A stretch of 64,000 nucleotides of DNA from Sedimentisphaerales bacterium (GTDB lineage: Bacteria; Planctomycetota; Phycisphaerae; Sedimentisphaerales; Anaerobacaceae), in contig OY970194.1 of the NCBI GenBank assembly GCA_963708075.1, positions 7,104,001-7,168,000 of the forward strand. The letters run 5' to 3'. A program made the translations under genes and the position numbers. Shown here in pieces: positions 20,284-30,405 of this stretch. The notes beneath the pieces were generated by a model, which worked only from the letters and a program-made list of their open reading frames with translations, made no database searches and was not told the origin of the DNA. How positions within the stretch are numbered: position 1 is the stretch's first letter; every line of letters begins with the position of its first letter.

Positions 20284-22893
20284 ATGACACGAAGACCGTG
20301 GTCCTCTTCTATCATCATCGCAATCTGTCTTACCGGCGCGGCGAAGGCTGCAACCTTTTATGTGGACGCTTCGGCTGCCACCACGGGCAACGGCTCGCTG
20401 GCCTCTCCATTCAAGACCATCGGCGAAGCCATAGCCGCCTCCGCCATGGGCGACGAAATCAGGATCGCCGGCGGCACCTATGATAATGAACCGGCGAACA
20501 GGGCTCTCAAGAGCCAGCAGACTATCCGCGGCAGCTATGACAGTTCCTTCACCACTTCCGATCCCACAGTGACTCCGACCATCATCGATATGGCGAGCCT
20601 GACCTCCCAGGAGCAGAATCGCACTTTCCGGTGCCAGGCCGTCGCGTCCTTTACCATCGAGAACCTGGTCATCAAGAACTCGTCTACGGGTGAATCGGGC
20701 AACACGAGCAATGGCGGCGCGATGTATATTCAAAATGGGAGCACGGGCCTCATCCGTCGCGTCTCGTTCATCAATTGCACCTCGAAATTTGAAGGTGGCG
20801 CCGAGAACGGCCCGGCCCGCGACGGCGGCGCGCTGTGTATACGTGACGCTTCGACGGTCGTTATTGAAGACTGCGTCTTCGATGGCTGCACCGCCGTCGG
20901 CAACGGCGGCGCCATCACCATGCGTAATGCCGGGGCCGGCAATAACGTAAAGATTCGTCGCTGTTTGTTCACCCACTGCGGCTCCAGGAACGGCGCATCG
21001 GCCATCCACGATCAGGATGCGGTCAGCCAGATTGAGATCGTGAACTGCATCTTCGCCAATAACGGGGTGGATGTGGTCATCCCCAGCGGAACCGCCCCAA
21101 GCAACTATGAGATCAGAGTCACAGACAGGTCGGCCCTCGTCTACAACTGCACGTTCGTCGGCAGCAACAACCCGGACGGATTCATGTTTGACGTCAGGGA
21201 CAGCGGCAATCAAGCCGGGGTAAAGAACATCGTCAACTGCATCATCGCCAATAACACGATCGCGAGCGGTGGTTCCGACTTTGCCGTTTTCAAGTATGTA
21301 GATGATTACAATGATGTCATAACTCTCCAGAACAACCTGTTCTTCTCCAACTCGGGCCTGGATCCGCTCGACTATACCGGCGCCAACATCATCGGCGCCA
21401 ACGGCAACATCACGGGCGAGCCGCAATTCGTCGACGCGACGAACGGCGATTACCATCTGAAGGCGGGTTCGCCGGGCGAGGATGCCGGCCAGACGTTGGC
21501 GCTCGTCCCTGACGATTTCGCCAGCACGGCCCGTCCAGTCGGTTCGGCTTATGACATCGGCGCGATCGAAGGCCAAGCCGCCCCGGAGCCTCTTTCCTAC
21601 AAGGTGCCGAGGGTTATGGCCACAGCCTCCAGTTCGCTCAATGCCGACTCAGGCCCCGGGAAGACAGTTGATGGGTCCGGTCTCAATGCCTCGGACCAGC
21701 ATGATACGAAGGTCGCAAACATGTGGACGAGCGCCGTCGGTCAACAGCCGCCGGTCTGGATTCAATATGAGTTCGACACCGTCTACAAGCTGGATCAGAT
21801 GTGGGTCTGGAACTCGAATAGCGAGCTTGAGTGGCTTCTTGGCTGGGGCGTGAAGACCGCGACGATTGAGTACTCCACTGACGGCACTGCGTGGACTGCG
21901 TTGGCGAATGTCCCTCAATTTGCCCGGGCTCCCGGCACCGCCGACTACAGTCACAATACGACGGTGGACTTCGGCGGCGTCGCTGCCAAGTTCGTCAGGA
22001 TAACCTGCACCAGCAGTTGGGGGGGCGGGGGGCAATACGGTCTGAGCGAGGTTCGGTTCTTCTACATTCCCGTCTCGGCCCGAGACCCTAATCCGGGCAC
22101 CGAGGCCAAGGGTGTGGCCCTGGATACGACTCTGAGCTGGAAAGCGGGCCGCGAAGCGGCTTCCCACGAGATCCATCTCAGCACAGACATGCAGGCGGTG
22201 ATCGACAGCACGGCTCCCGTCGCCACGGTGAGCCAGGCGGCGTACACACCGGCGAACCTGCAACTGGATACCACTTACTACTGGAAGGTGGTCGAGGTCA
22301 ACCAGGCCGAAAGTCCCAGCGCCTGGGATGGCGAGGTCTGGAGATTCTCCACGTCGCCATATCTGGTCATCGATGACTTCGAGAGCTACACGAATGATTC
22401 GCCCAAGCGTGCCTTCCAGACATGGATCGACGGCTCAGGCTTCTCAGCCGATGAGTTCTTCCCGAAGGGCCACCCCGGCAACGGCTCCGGTGCCCTTGTG
22501 GGCTACGACCCGGCGGCCGGCCCCATCATGGAGCGCACGATCAGACACGGCGGCCGACAGTCCATGCCGGTTGCCTATGACGGGCCATCCGAAACCACGC
22601 GGACCTTTGAGCCGGTGCAGGACTGGACCCGCGGCGGTATCCAGGCGCTGGTGCTGTTCTTCCAGGGTGAACCGAACAACGTGTCCGGCGAGCTCTACGT
22701 GAAGATCAACGGGACCAAGGTGCCGTACAGTGGCAGCGCCGGTGATCTGACGCTGGCGGAGTGGAAGCAGTGGAACATCAATCTGCCATCAGCGGCGGGC
22801 CTCGGGGCCGTCAAAACCCTGACGATCGGGGTCTCCGCCGGCCAGGGCATCCTTTACATTGACGACATTCGCCTGTATCGTTCCGCTCCCTGA
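20284..22893 (+). CDS. Secreted beta-helix + discoidin (F5/8 type C) + FN3-like + conserved C-terminal 'IDDFESY...IDDIRLY' domain protein
   Basis: Signal peptide; 'FYVD...GNGS.ASPFKTI'; beta-helix ending 'YHLKAGSP..DAG...YDIGAIE'; 'ATASS...PVWIQYEFD...GLSEVRF'. Confidence 0.8.
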   Translation: MTRRPWSSSIIIAICLTGAAKAATFYVDASAATTGNGSLASPFKTIGEAIAASAMGDEIRIAGGTYDNEPANRALKSQQTIRGSYDSSFTTSDPTVTPTIIDMASLTSQEQNRTFRCQAVASFTIENLVIKNSSTGESGNTSNGGAMYIQNGSTGLIRRVSFINCTSKFEGGAENGPARDGGALCIRDASTVVIEDCVFDGCTAVGNGGAITMRNAGAGNNVKIRRCLFTHCGSRNGASAIHDQDAVSQIEIVNCIFANNGVDVVIPSGTAPSNYEIRVTDRSALVYNCTFVGSNNPDGFMFDVRDSGNQAGVKNIVNCIIANNTIASGGSDFAVFKYVDDYNDVITLQNNLFFSNSGLDPLDYTGANIIGANGNITGEPQFVDATNGDYHLKAGSPGEDAGQTLALVPDDFASTARPVGSAYDIGAIEGQAAPEPLSYKVPRVMATASSSLNADSGPGKTVDGSGLNASDQHDTKVANMWTSAVGQQPPVWIQYEFDTVYKLDQMWVWNSNSELEWLLGWGVKTATIEYSTDGTAWTALANVPQFARAPGTADYSHNTTVDFGGVAAKFVRITCTSSWGGGGQYGLSEVRFFYIPVSARDPNPGTEAKGVALDTTLSWKAGREAASHEIHLSTDMQAVIDSTAPVATVSQAAYTPANLQLDTTYYWKVVEVNQAESPSAWDGEVWRFSTSPYLVIDDFESYTNDSPKRAFQTWIDGSGFSADEFFPKGHPGNGSGALVGYDPAAGPIMERTIRHGGRQSMPVAYDGPSETTRTFEPVQDWTRGGIQALVLFFQGEPNNVSGELYVKINGTKVPYSGSAGDLTLAEWKQWNINLPSAAGLGAVKTLTIGVSAGQGILYIDDIRLYRSAP

Positions 22894-23017
22894 CCCGGAT
22901 TTCGTTCTGACGCCCAAGTAAGACAGACTATTGCATTTCAGGGAGAAAAGTGGTATCTAGCGTTTATATCGGTGATAACAGCAGGATCTGCGACATTATC
23001 TTGATCGGTGAGATATC

Positions 23018-23824
23018 ATGAGAACCGCGAGAGTGTCAAAGGCGTTCACGCTGATCGAGCTATTGGTCGTGATCGCAATCCTCGCGCTCCTCATGGCGAT
23101 TCTAATGCCGGCGTTGCAGCGCGTCCGCGAGCAGGCCAAGGAGGCGACCTGCCGGAGCAATCTGCATCAGTTTGCCTTGGCCCAGACGATGTACGCGGAT
23201 GACAGCGACGGAAGGTTTGTCTACGCCGGAACGTGCCTGATGGGCAAGAAAAGCGACGATAACAGTGATTACTGCCGTTGGCACGATCCGAACTGGCCCC
23301 ACACAGGTCCTTTCTGGCCGTACATTCCTGCAGAGAAGGTCAGGTTGTGTCCTTCCTTCGCTGTCCTCTCCAAGAGTGAAGGCGAGAAGCACCCGGGGCA
23401 TAAGCCGGGGATTCCTGTGATCCCGTACTACAGTTACTCCATGAACGGCCTGCTGGGCTCGGGCAAAGTAAGTGCCGGCGCGGGCGGCTTTCAGGACCCT
23501 GGCGCCCTCAGGATATCGGATGTCACCCGGCACCATGCCGAGGTCTTCATGTTCTCCGAGGAGAACATGTGGGCGCGAGGGGGTGATGAGAGCGTGCTCA
23601 ACGACAACGCCTTGATGCCCAACATGCGGGACTGGTTTGGGACATTCCACGGGACCAACGCCAGCAACCGCAATGGAGGTACGGTTAATGCCAGCTTTGT
23701 GGATGGCCACGTGCAGGAAGTGAAATCGGCTTTTGGAGAAGACCCGACGGACACGAGCCAGATGGAATATGGCCGATTCGAGAAGTATGGCTGGCCGCAC
23801 AGGAAGCCGCCTCTGACGCCCTGA
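23018..23824 (+). CDS. Prepilin-type N-terminal cleavage/methylation protein (DUF1559-like, H-X9-DG type)
   Basis: AFTLIELLVVIAILALLMAILMPAL, CRSNLHQ, SYSMN and a C-terminal H...NASFVDGHV. Confidence 0.9.
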   Translation: MRTARVSKAFTLIELLVVIAILALLMAILMPALQRVREQAKEATCRSNLHQFALAQTMYADDSDGRFVYAGTCLMGKKSDDNSDYCRWHDPNWPHTGPFWPYIPAEKVRLCPSFAVLSKSEGEKHPGHKPGIPVIPYYSYSMNGLLGSGKVSAGAGGFQDPGALRISDVTRHHAEVFMFSEENMWARGGDESVLNDNALMPNMRDWFGTFHGTNASNRNGGTVNASFVDGHVQEVKSAFGEDPTDTSQMEYGRFEKYGWPHRKPPLTP

Positions 23825-23827
23825 TCG

Positions 23828-25411
23828 ATGGATCGTATGAAGAAATCAGCAGCTCTTGTTCTCATCATCGCCGCACTTGGGCTATCGGCATCCGCTCAGG
23901 ATAAACGCATCGAGAAGTGGGGCTTTCACGAGCTGTCCCTGCCCGGACCGACCGTGGGCAATCCATTTATCGGCATCGAGTTCAGCGCGGTATTTCAGAA
24001 TGGAGACCGCCGATACGAGCCGGAGGGCTTCTACGATGGCAACGGGACCTTCAAAATCCGCTTCATGCCGGATCGCGAAGGGATATGGACGTACAGGACG
24101 AAAAGCAACCGGGAAGCGTTGGATGGAAAAGAAGGTCAATTCCTGTGCACGCCGCCCTCGCCGGGTAATCATGGCCCTGTGCGGGTGAGGAATCAATACC
24201 ATTTTCAGTATGAGGACGGCACGCCGTTCCGGCCATTCGGGACGACGATCTACGAGTGGCCGTTTCAACTCGAGGCCAAACAGCAGGCCACCATTGAAAC
24301 GCTCAAGCACGCCCCCTTCAACAAGGCGCGGTTCCTGATCATTCCGCCCTGGCGCGAGCAGTACAATGAAGGGCCGAGTGCGCTGGACTGTTTTCCATTC
24401 GAAGGCACCTCCAAAGAGAATTGGGATTTCTCCCGCTTCAACCCAGTCTTCTTCCAGCGCGTGGAGCGCTGCGTGACGCAACTGCGGGACATGGGCATCG
24501 AATCGGATCTGATCATCTTTCGGCCGTACGACAACGGCAAATGGGGATTCGACGCGATGGACGCGGAGACCAACGACCGGTACGTGCGATACGTAGTCGC
24601 CCGTTTTGCGGCCTATCGCAATGTCTGGTGGAGCCTGGCCAATGAGAACAGCTTCGTCCGGCATCTGACGGACGAGGATTGGGACCGACTCTTCCAGCTT
24701 GTCCAGGCCCGCGATCCGTACGGCCACCTGAGGTCCATCCACAACGCCGACCGGATTTACGATCACAACAAGCCGTGGGTCACGCATGTCAGCCTGCAAT
24801 ACTACATGGCGGTCCGCTTTCCCGGCGTGTCGCCGCTGCTTCGCGACATCTATCGCAAGCCGATCATCCACGACGAAATCAACTACGAGGGAAACATCGA
24901 AAGCCGCTGGGGGCAGTTGTCCGGCGAGGAAATGGTATACCGCTTCTGGGTAGCGATTGTCGGAGGTGCCTACGTCACGCACGGAGAGACAAACGCTGGT
25001 GAACCCTTCGGCGACGGCTGGATTTCCACCGGCGGCACGCTGAGCCGGGAGAGCCCGGCAAGGATCGCCTTTCTGCGAAAGATCGTCGAGCAGGGGCCGG
25101 CTCAGGGACTCGATCCGATTGAGCAGTACTGGCAACCCAACATCGCCGGGCAGAAGGGACAATACTACCTCATCTATTTCGGCAAGGACCCGGTCAGGGA
25201 ATGGGCCTTCCTCCTGCCGGACGATGAACTCCAGCCGGGCATGCGGTTTCAGGTCGATCTGATCGACACGTGGAATATGACGATCACGCCGGTGGAACAG
25301 GTCTTTGAGGTCGAGCGGATGGACCGGTACAGATTCGCCGATAAGAGCAGAGGAAAGGTCGCCTTGCCGGGAAGACCCTACATGGCTCTGAGAATACAGC
25401 GGGTCAATTGA
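23828..25411 (+). CDS. Secreted DUF5060-DUF4038-DUF5605 protein (apiosidase-like TIM-barrel glycosidase candidate)
   Basis: GNPF, GFYDGNG.FKIRFMP, NHGPVRV, NVWWSLANE, HLRSIHN, DEINYEG and IDTWNMT motifs. Confidence 0.8.
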   Translation: MDRMKKSAALVLIIAALGLSASAQDKRIEKWGFHELSLPGPTVGNPFIGIEFSAVFQNGDRRYEPEGFYDGNGTFKIRFMPDREGIWTYRTKSNREALDGKEGQFLCTPPSPGNHGPVRVRNQYHFQYEDGTPFRPFGTTIYEWPFQLEAKQQATIETLKHAPFNKARFLIIPPWREQYNEGPSALDCFPFEGTSKENWDFSRFNPVFFQRVERCVTQLRDMGIESDLIIFRPYDNGKWGFDAMDAETNDRYVRYVVARFAAYRNVWWSLANENSFVRHLTDEDWDRLFQLVQARDPYGHLRSIHNADRIYDHNKPWVTHVSLQYYMAVRFPGVSPLLRDIYRKPIIHDEINYEGNIESRWGQLSGEEMVYRFWVAIVGGAYVTHGETNAGEPFGDGWISTGGTLSRESPARIAFLRKIVEQGPAQGLDPIEQYWQPNIAGQKGQYYLIYFGKDPVREWAFLLPDDELQPGMRFQVDLIDTWNMTITPVEQVFEVERMDRYRFADKSRGKVALPGRPYMALRIQRVN

Positions 25412-25455
25412 AGCTCGTTTGTAGCCAGTAAGGCCGGGCTGGCCCCACCAGAACC

Positions 25456-26955
25456 CTACAGCAGTTGCCGTATCGCCCGAAGCCAACCCTGATACGCCAC
25501 GCGAGCCTTTTGCTGGTCTGCGTCTGAGCCGGGTGCGAACGACCTTCTACCCGCATTGAGTCTGGCGAGCTGGTCCATGCTCACGTAAATGCCTTGTTGG
25601 AGTCCCGCCATGTACGCGGCACCGAGGGCGGAGACATCCTGAATCTCGATATTGACCACGTCTGTTTGCAGCAGGTCCGCCAGGAACTGCATGACGAACC
25701 GATTCGTCGTGATACCGCCATCCACTCGCAGTTGCTGCAGGGGGATGCCGCTATCTTGTTCCATGGCGCCAATCACGTCCTTGATCTGGTAGGGGATGGA
25801 TTCCAGGGCGGCTCGCACAATGTGGTTCCTGTTGCAGCCGAAGGTCAGCCCCGTGATCGCCGCCTTAAGGTCCATCTGCCAGTGGGGGGCGCCGAAACCG
25901 CTGAACGCCGGGACTAAGTATACGCCGCTGCTGTCCGGCACGCTGCGGGCCATGGCCTCCGTCTCCCTGCTCTGGGCAAACAGGCCCAGATTGTCCCGCA
26001 GCCAGTTGATCGTCGCGCCGCAAGTGACAATGATGCCCTCCAGTGCGTAATCCACTCTGTCGGCCGTGCTCCAGCAAATCGTGGTAACCATCCCGGTCGT
26101 GGAGGCGATTCGCTTTGAGCCGGTGCTCAGCAGGATCGAGCATCCGGTCCCCAGTGTGGCTTTGGCCGTCCCCGCGGAGAAGCAGCCTTCGCCAAAAGCC
26201 GCCGCATGAGAATCGCCAATCATTGCACTGATCGGGATCGCTCGCGGAAGCAGGCCTTCGAAATCCGACGAGCCGTAGGAGAAGGATGAAGGTTTTGGGT
26301 CGGGGAGTCTGAGGCCCTGGAGGTTGAATTGTCTGAGCAAATCCCGGTCCCAGGCGAGGTGGTCAATATTAAAGAACAGCGTGCGCGAGGCATTGGTGTA
26401 GTCCGTGAAGAACCGCTGTCCCTTGGTCAGCTTGTGCAGGAGCCACGTATCCACGGTGCCGAACAGGGCTTGGCCGGCATTGACGGCCTCTCTTATCCGC
26501 AGATCGTTTTCATAGAGCCAAATCAGCTTTGTGCCGGAGAAATACGGGTCCATGATGAGACCGGTCCGCTTGATGACTTCTTGCTCGACGCATGAGCCTT
26601 TAAGGCGATTGCAGATCTCCACCGACCGCTTGCATTGCCACACGATTGCGTTGCACAAAGGTGTCCCGGCGGGCGTCCAGAGGCAAAACGTCTCTCTCTG
26701 GTTGGAGATGCCGCAGCATGATATCTGGGCCAGATCCGGCGACACCTCGACGCGAAACTGCTCCAGGCAGATCTTTACAGCGGCCAGGACATTCCGATAA
26801 ATCCCGAGCGGGTCCTGTTCCACAAATCCCGGGGCCGGAAAGGAGGATGTCAGTGGTTCAGTCCCTTTCGCGACCATTCGGCCCTCGCGGTCGAACACGA
26901 TGGCTTTCGTGCCGCTTGTACCCTGGTCTATGGCCAGGATGAAAGTGTTGCTCAT
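25456..26955 (-). CDS. FGGY/glycerol kinase-family sugar kinase, probable apulose kinase (AplK-like)
   Basis: LAIDQGTSGTKA, GISNQRET, DPYFSGTK, TDYTNASRT and LRVDGG motifs. The specific function is inferred from the neighbouring split transketolase. Confidence 0.85.
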   Translation of the reverse strand: MSNTFILAIDQGTSGTKAIVFDREGRMVAKGTEPLTSSFPAPGFVEQDPLGIYRNVLAAVKICLEQFRVEVSPDLAQISCCGISNQRETFCLWTPAGTPLCNAIVWQCKRSVEICNRLKGSCVEQEVIKRTGLIMDPYFSGTKLIWLYENDLRIREAVNAGQALFGTVDTWLLHKLTKGQRFFTDYTNASRTLFFNIDHLAWDRDLLRQFNLQGLRLPDPKPSSFSYGSSDFEGLLPRAIPISAMIGDSHAAAFGEGCFSAGTAKATLGTGCSILLSTGSKRIASTTGMVTTICWSTADRVDYALEGIIVTCGATINWLRDNLGLFAQSRETEAMARSVPDSSGVYLVPAFSGFGAPHWQMDLKAAITGLTFGCNRNHIVRAALESIPYQIKDVIGAMEQDSGIPLQQLRVDGGITTNRFVMQFLADLLQTDVVNIEIQDVSALGAAYMAGLQQGIYVSMDQLARLNAGRRSFAPGSDADQQKARVAYQGWLRAIRQLL

Positions 26956-26962
26956 GCTCGGC

Positions 26963-27928
26963 TCACCTCTTCGGCGAATCCAGCAGTGCCTTGGCGGTGT
27001 GCGCCAGGCCCCGGGCGGATATGCCGTAATGCGTGAATATCTCCAACTGGCTTCCTGTCACGGTGTCTTCATCCGGAAATCCGACGATCCTGAAAGGCAC
27101 GTGCAGGCCCGCCTGCATCAGGATCGCAGCGCACGCCTCGCCCAGACCACCTGCACAACTGTGCTCTTCCACGGTCACGATAGCCTGACATTCCTCGCCT
27201 GCGCGGATCACGGCCTGTGTATCCAGGGGTCTGATCGTGTGCATGCTGATCACGCGGGCTGAAATCCCTTCCTTCTCCAGGTCCCCGGCTGCTTGGAACG
27301 CCTGAATCACCGTCTCTCCTGTGGCAATGAAAGCCACGTCATGGCCCTCGTGCACGAGCAGGGCCTTGCCAACCTCAAAACGTGTCCCAGGCCTGTGCAG
27401 GTGAGGCATGGGACGCTTGCCGAAGCGGATGAATACAGGATGGGACATTCCGGCGGAGGCTTTGATGGCCTCGGCGGTCTCCAGGTTGTCGGCCGGTACG
27501 ATGATCGTGCAGTTGGGGATGGCCCGCAGGACTGCTATGTCGTGGATCGAATGATGCGTGGACCCCAATGCCCCGTAGCTTACGCCCGCACTGATGCCGA
27601 TCAGCTTGACCGGCTGATCCGAATAGCATACGTCGTTCTTGATCTGCTCCAGCGACCGGGCCGTGAGAAAGCTCGCAGGAGACACCGCGTAGACGATTTT
27701 TCCGGTGGAGGCTAATCCCGCGGCAACGCCCACCAGGTTCTGTTCCGCGATACCGACCTCGATGATCTGGTCCGGCAGGGCGGCGGCGAATGGCGCCAGC
27801 TTCCCCGATCCTCGCGAGTCACTGGTCACCACCAGGACATCCGGGTTGTCCTTCGCCAGAGTCAGCAGAGTCTCTGCGAAGACATCCAGGTTCGCCTTGC
27901 CCAACTCGAAACCGGCATCCGAACTCAT
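26963..27928 (-). CDS. Transketolase C-terminal subunit, probable apulose-4-phosphate transketolase B (AptB-like)
   Basis: VTSDSRGSGKL, EVGIAEQN, GVSYGALGSTHHS and TVEEH motifs. Confidence 0.88.
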   Translation of the reverse strand: MSSDAGFELGKANLDVFAETLLTLAKDNPDVLVVTSDSRGSGKLAPFAAALPDQIIEVGIAEQNLVGVAAGLASTGKIVYAVSPASFLTARSLEQIKNDVCYSDQPVKLIGISAGVSYGALGSTHHSIHDIAVLRAIPNCTIIVPADNLETAEAIKASAGMSHPVFIRFGKRPMPHLHRPGTRFEVGKALLVHEGHDVAFIATGETVIQAFQAAGDLEKEGISARVISMHTIRPLDTQAVIRAGEECQAIVTVEEHSCAGGLGEACAAILMQAGLHVPFRIVGFPDEDTVTGSQLEIFTHYGISARGLAHTAKALLDSPKR

Positions 27929-28761
27929 GCTTTCACTTCCCTCAGCATCGCTTCTAACTCCCGCTGTGCCTGCTCGTATTGTTGATCGTTGGGCACCTTA
28001 TGGTGCCATTCGGCCTGGTTCTCGATGAAACTGACGCCCTTGCCCTTCACGGTCTTCGCGATCACCATGCTTGGCTTGCCCGGCTCGAAGGGGACGCTGC
28101 CCAGGATGTTGGCCAGGGCGGTTACATCGTGACCCTCCACACCGCGAACAGCCCAGCCAAAGGCCTGAAACTTTGTCACGAGGCATTCGAGCCTGCACAC
28201 GTCCTCTGTGCGGCCGGAGATCTGCAGTTGGTTGCGGTCCACAATGGCCGTCAGATTGTCAAGGCGGTAGTGGGCCGCCGTCAACATGGATTCCCAGTTG
28301 GAGCCTTCCGCCAGTTCGCCGTCGCCGAGCAGCGTGTACACGCGATAGCCGGCGTTGTCCTTCCTGCCCCCCAGGGCCACGCCAACGCCGAAGGCCAGGC
28401 CATGACCCAGAGCCCCGGTGTTCTGCTCGATCCCACGGATCTTACGCGTCGGGTGGCCGACATAGGGCGACCGGTACCGGCACAAGGTTTCGAGGTCCGA
28501 TTCGGGGAAAAAGCCCTTGTCCGCCAGCACGACGTATAGGGCCTCCACGGAATGGCCCTTGCTTTGAACGTAACGGTCGCGGGCGGGGTCAGTGATGTTT
28601 TCCGGCGAGACATTCAGAACCCGGTTGTACAGGACGTTCAGAATATCGACGCACGACAGACTGCCGCCCGTATGCCCCGCCTTGGCCTTCTTGATGTATT
28701 TGAGCAGCCGGATTCGATACTGGATCGACTTGATTCTCAACTCTGCGTCTGTCATAGCCAT
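27925..28761 (-). CDS. Transketolase N-terminal subunit, probable AptA-like (start may be the ATG at 28755)
   Basis: GHTGGSLS, DRYVQSKGH, NTGALGHG, the ThDP-binding motif GDGELAEGSNWE, and TVKGKG. Confidence 0.88.
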   Translation of the reverse strand: MAMTDAELRIKSIQYRIRLLKYIKKAKAGHTGGSLSCVDILNVLYNRVLNVSPENITDPARDRYVQSKGHSVEALYVVLADKGFFPESDLETLCRYRSPYVGHPTRKIRGIEQNTGALGHGLAFGVGVALGGRKDNAGYRVYTLLGDGELAEGSNWESMLTAAHYRLDNLTAIVDRNQLQISGRTEDVCRLECLVTKFQAFGWAVRGVEGHDVTALANILGSVPFEPGKPSMVIAKTVKGKGVSFIENQAEWHHKVPNDQQYEQAQRELEAMLREVKA

Positions 28762-28914
28762 ATACTATACCACCAAGTACGTCGCAGCGCCAAACGTCGC
28801 GATCCCCGGATGTCCGGGTCCCCTTTGCAGTTGACAAAAGCGGGCACTTCACAGATAAAGCTATGGAGATGTGGCTGAGCCCCTGTGAGAGAACTGCGTA
28901 GGAGGCAGTCGCCT

Positions 28915-30405
28915 ATGGGTGCAGGACAGAAATCGACGCTTATCGAACGGCTCGACGCTTTGTATGAGTACGACCGCGAGCCTGTCACCGAGGACAAACT
29001 CCACGGCTGGAAGATCTTCTGGGCGACGTTTGCCGGGGAGCACATTGCCGGGACGGAATTCGTCATCGGCCCGCTGTTCGTCATGCACGGCTGCACGGCC
29101 GTCGACGTGCTGCTGGGACTGCTGATCGGCAATTTCCTGGCCGTCCTCAGTTGGGCCTTTATCTGTGCTCCCATCGCTGTCAAGACGCGCCTCACTCAAT
29201 ACTGGCAGCTCCGCAAACTCGGTGGCCCGTGGCTGACGGTGGCCTACAGCGCCGTCTTTGGTGTGATCCTGTGCGTGCTGGCCGGCGCGATGTTGCGCGT
29301 GTCGATGACCTCCATCGCATTGCCGTTCGAGAAGCTCTTTTCTCAGCCTGGGGCGGAGGCGGGCACGCTGCCCCAGTGGATGTGGGTCGCGATTGCCGTG
29401 GTGGTCGGCTCGGTGATCGCATGCCTGGCGGTGCTGGGATTCAAAGGCATGGCGATCTTCTCAAAGATGTCGGCGCCGTGGATGGTGGTTGTGTTTGTCA
29501 TCGCGGCCGTGGCGACGCTGCCGATGCTCGGCTGCCATTCGGCCGGCGATTTCTGGCGCGTGGCCAACGAGAAAATCTGGACCGGCAAGGTCGCCGAAGG
29601 CATGGGGCGGTTCACGATCTGGCACGTGATCGGCTTCGCGTGGCTGTGCAACATGCCGCAGCATTTCGGCATGGGCGACATGACCATTCTGCGGTTCGCA
29701 CGCAAGTGGCAGATGGGATTCTGCTCCTGTGCGGGCATGTACCTGGGGCACTATATCGCATGGGTCGCTTCGGGCATTCTGTGTGCGGCGGCGATCGACC
29801 AGGGAATCGCGACCGATCCGGGACCGATTGCCTACCTGGGAGCGGGACTGACCGGTGCGCTGTGCGTGGTCGTGGCCGGCTGGAACGTCGCCAGCCCGAC
29901 GCTGTACCGTGCGGGACTGGCCCTGCAGGTGGCCACGCCGAACTGGAGCCGTTGGCGCGTGACGACCATCGTCGGCGCGGGCATGATCGTCTTCGCGTGC
30001 ATGCCGGCGATCATCAAGCATCTCGACCTGTTGGTGACCACCAATGCACTCGTTCTACTCCCGCTGGGAGCGTTCATCTTCATCGACATTCGACTGTTCC
30101 CGAAGATCGGCTTGCAGTCCAACTATGCCGAGCGGACGGGCGCACTGATCAGTTGGCCGGCCGCGGCGGCGTGGATCCTTGCGACGTGTTTCTCCCTCGC
30201 GGCTTTTGTCTACAAGGGCTATGATCCGGTCTTTCCGATCTTCCTCGTGCTGCCCGAATGGATTGTCGCGGTGGTACTGTACATGGTCTTTGTCGCCGCT
30301 CAGCAGAGAATGGCCGGCGCGCGGGCCGGGCTTTCCCCTGTGACGACGGAGTTTCGCCCGGGTCAGGCCGGGCCGGTTCTCCACGGAAGGGAGAGATTGA
30401 CATGA
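28915..30405 (+). CDS. NCS1 / purine-cytosine permease-like membrane transporter
   Basis: About 12 hydrophobic segments; AGEHIAGTEFVIGPLFV, GNFLAVLSW and PTLYRAGLA motifs; GGAGG RBS. Confidence 0.8.
   Translation: MGAGQKSTLIERLDALYEYDREPVTEDKLHGWKIFWATFAGEHIAGTEFVIGPLFVMHGCTAVDVLLGLLIGNFLAVLSWAFICAPIAVKTRLTQYWQLRKLGGPWLTVAYSAVFGVILCVLAGAMLRVSMTSIALPFEKLFSQPGAEAGTLPQWMWVAIAVVVGSVIACLAVLGFKGMAIFSKMSAPWMVVVFVIAAVATLPMLGCHSAGDFWRVANEKIWTGKVAEGMGRFTIWHVIGFAWLCNMPQHFGMGDMTILRFARKWQMGFCSCAGMYLGHYIAWVASGILCAAAIDQGIATDPGPIAYLGAGLTGALCVVVAGWNVASPTLYRAGLALQVATPNWSRWRVTTIVGAGMIVFACMPAIIKHLDLLVTTNALVLLPLGAFIFIDIRLFPKIGLQSNYAERTGALISWPAAAAWILATCFSLAAFVYKGYDPVFPIFLVLPEWIVAVVLYMVFVAAQQRMAGARAGLSPVTTEFRPGQAGPVLHGRERLT

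Noticed and set aside
25456..26955. glpK gene symbol
   Set aside because: There is no glpF/glpD context, and linkage to a split transketolase points to another substrate.
28831..28862. Promoter for the permease operon at TTGACA
   Set aside because: The -35 is perfect, but there is no convincing -10 at 16-18 nt spacing.
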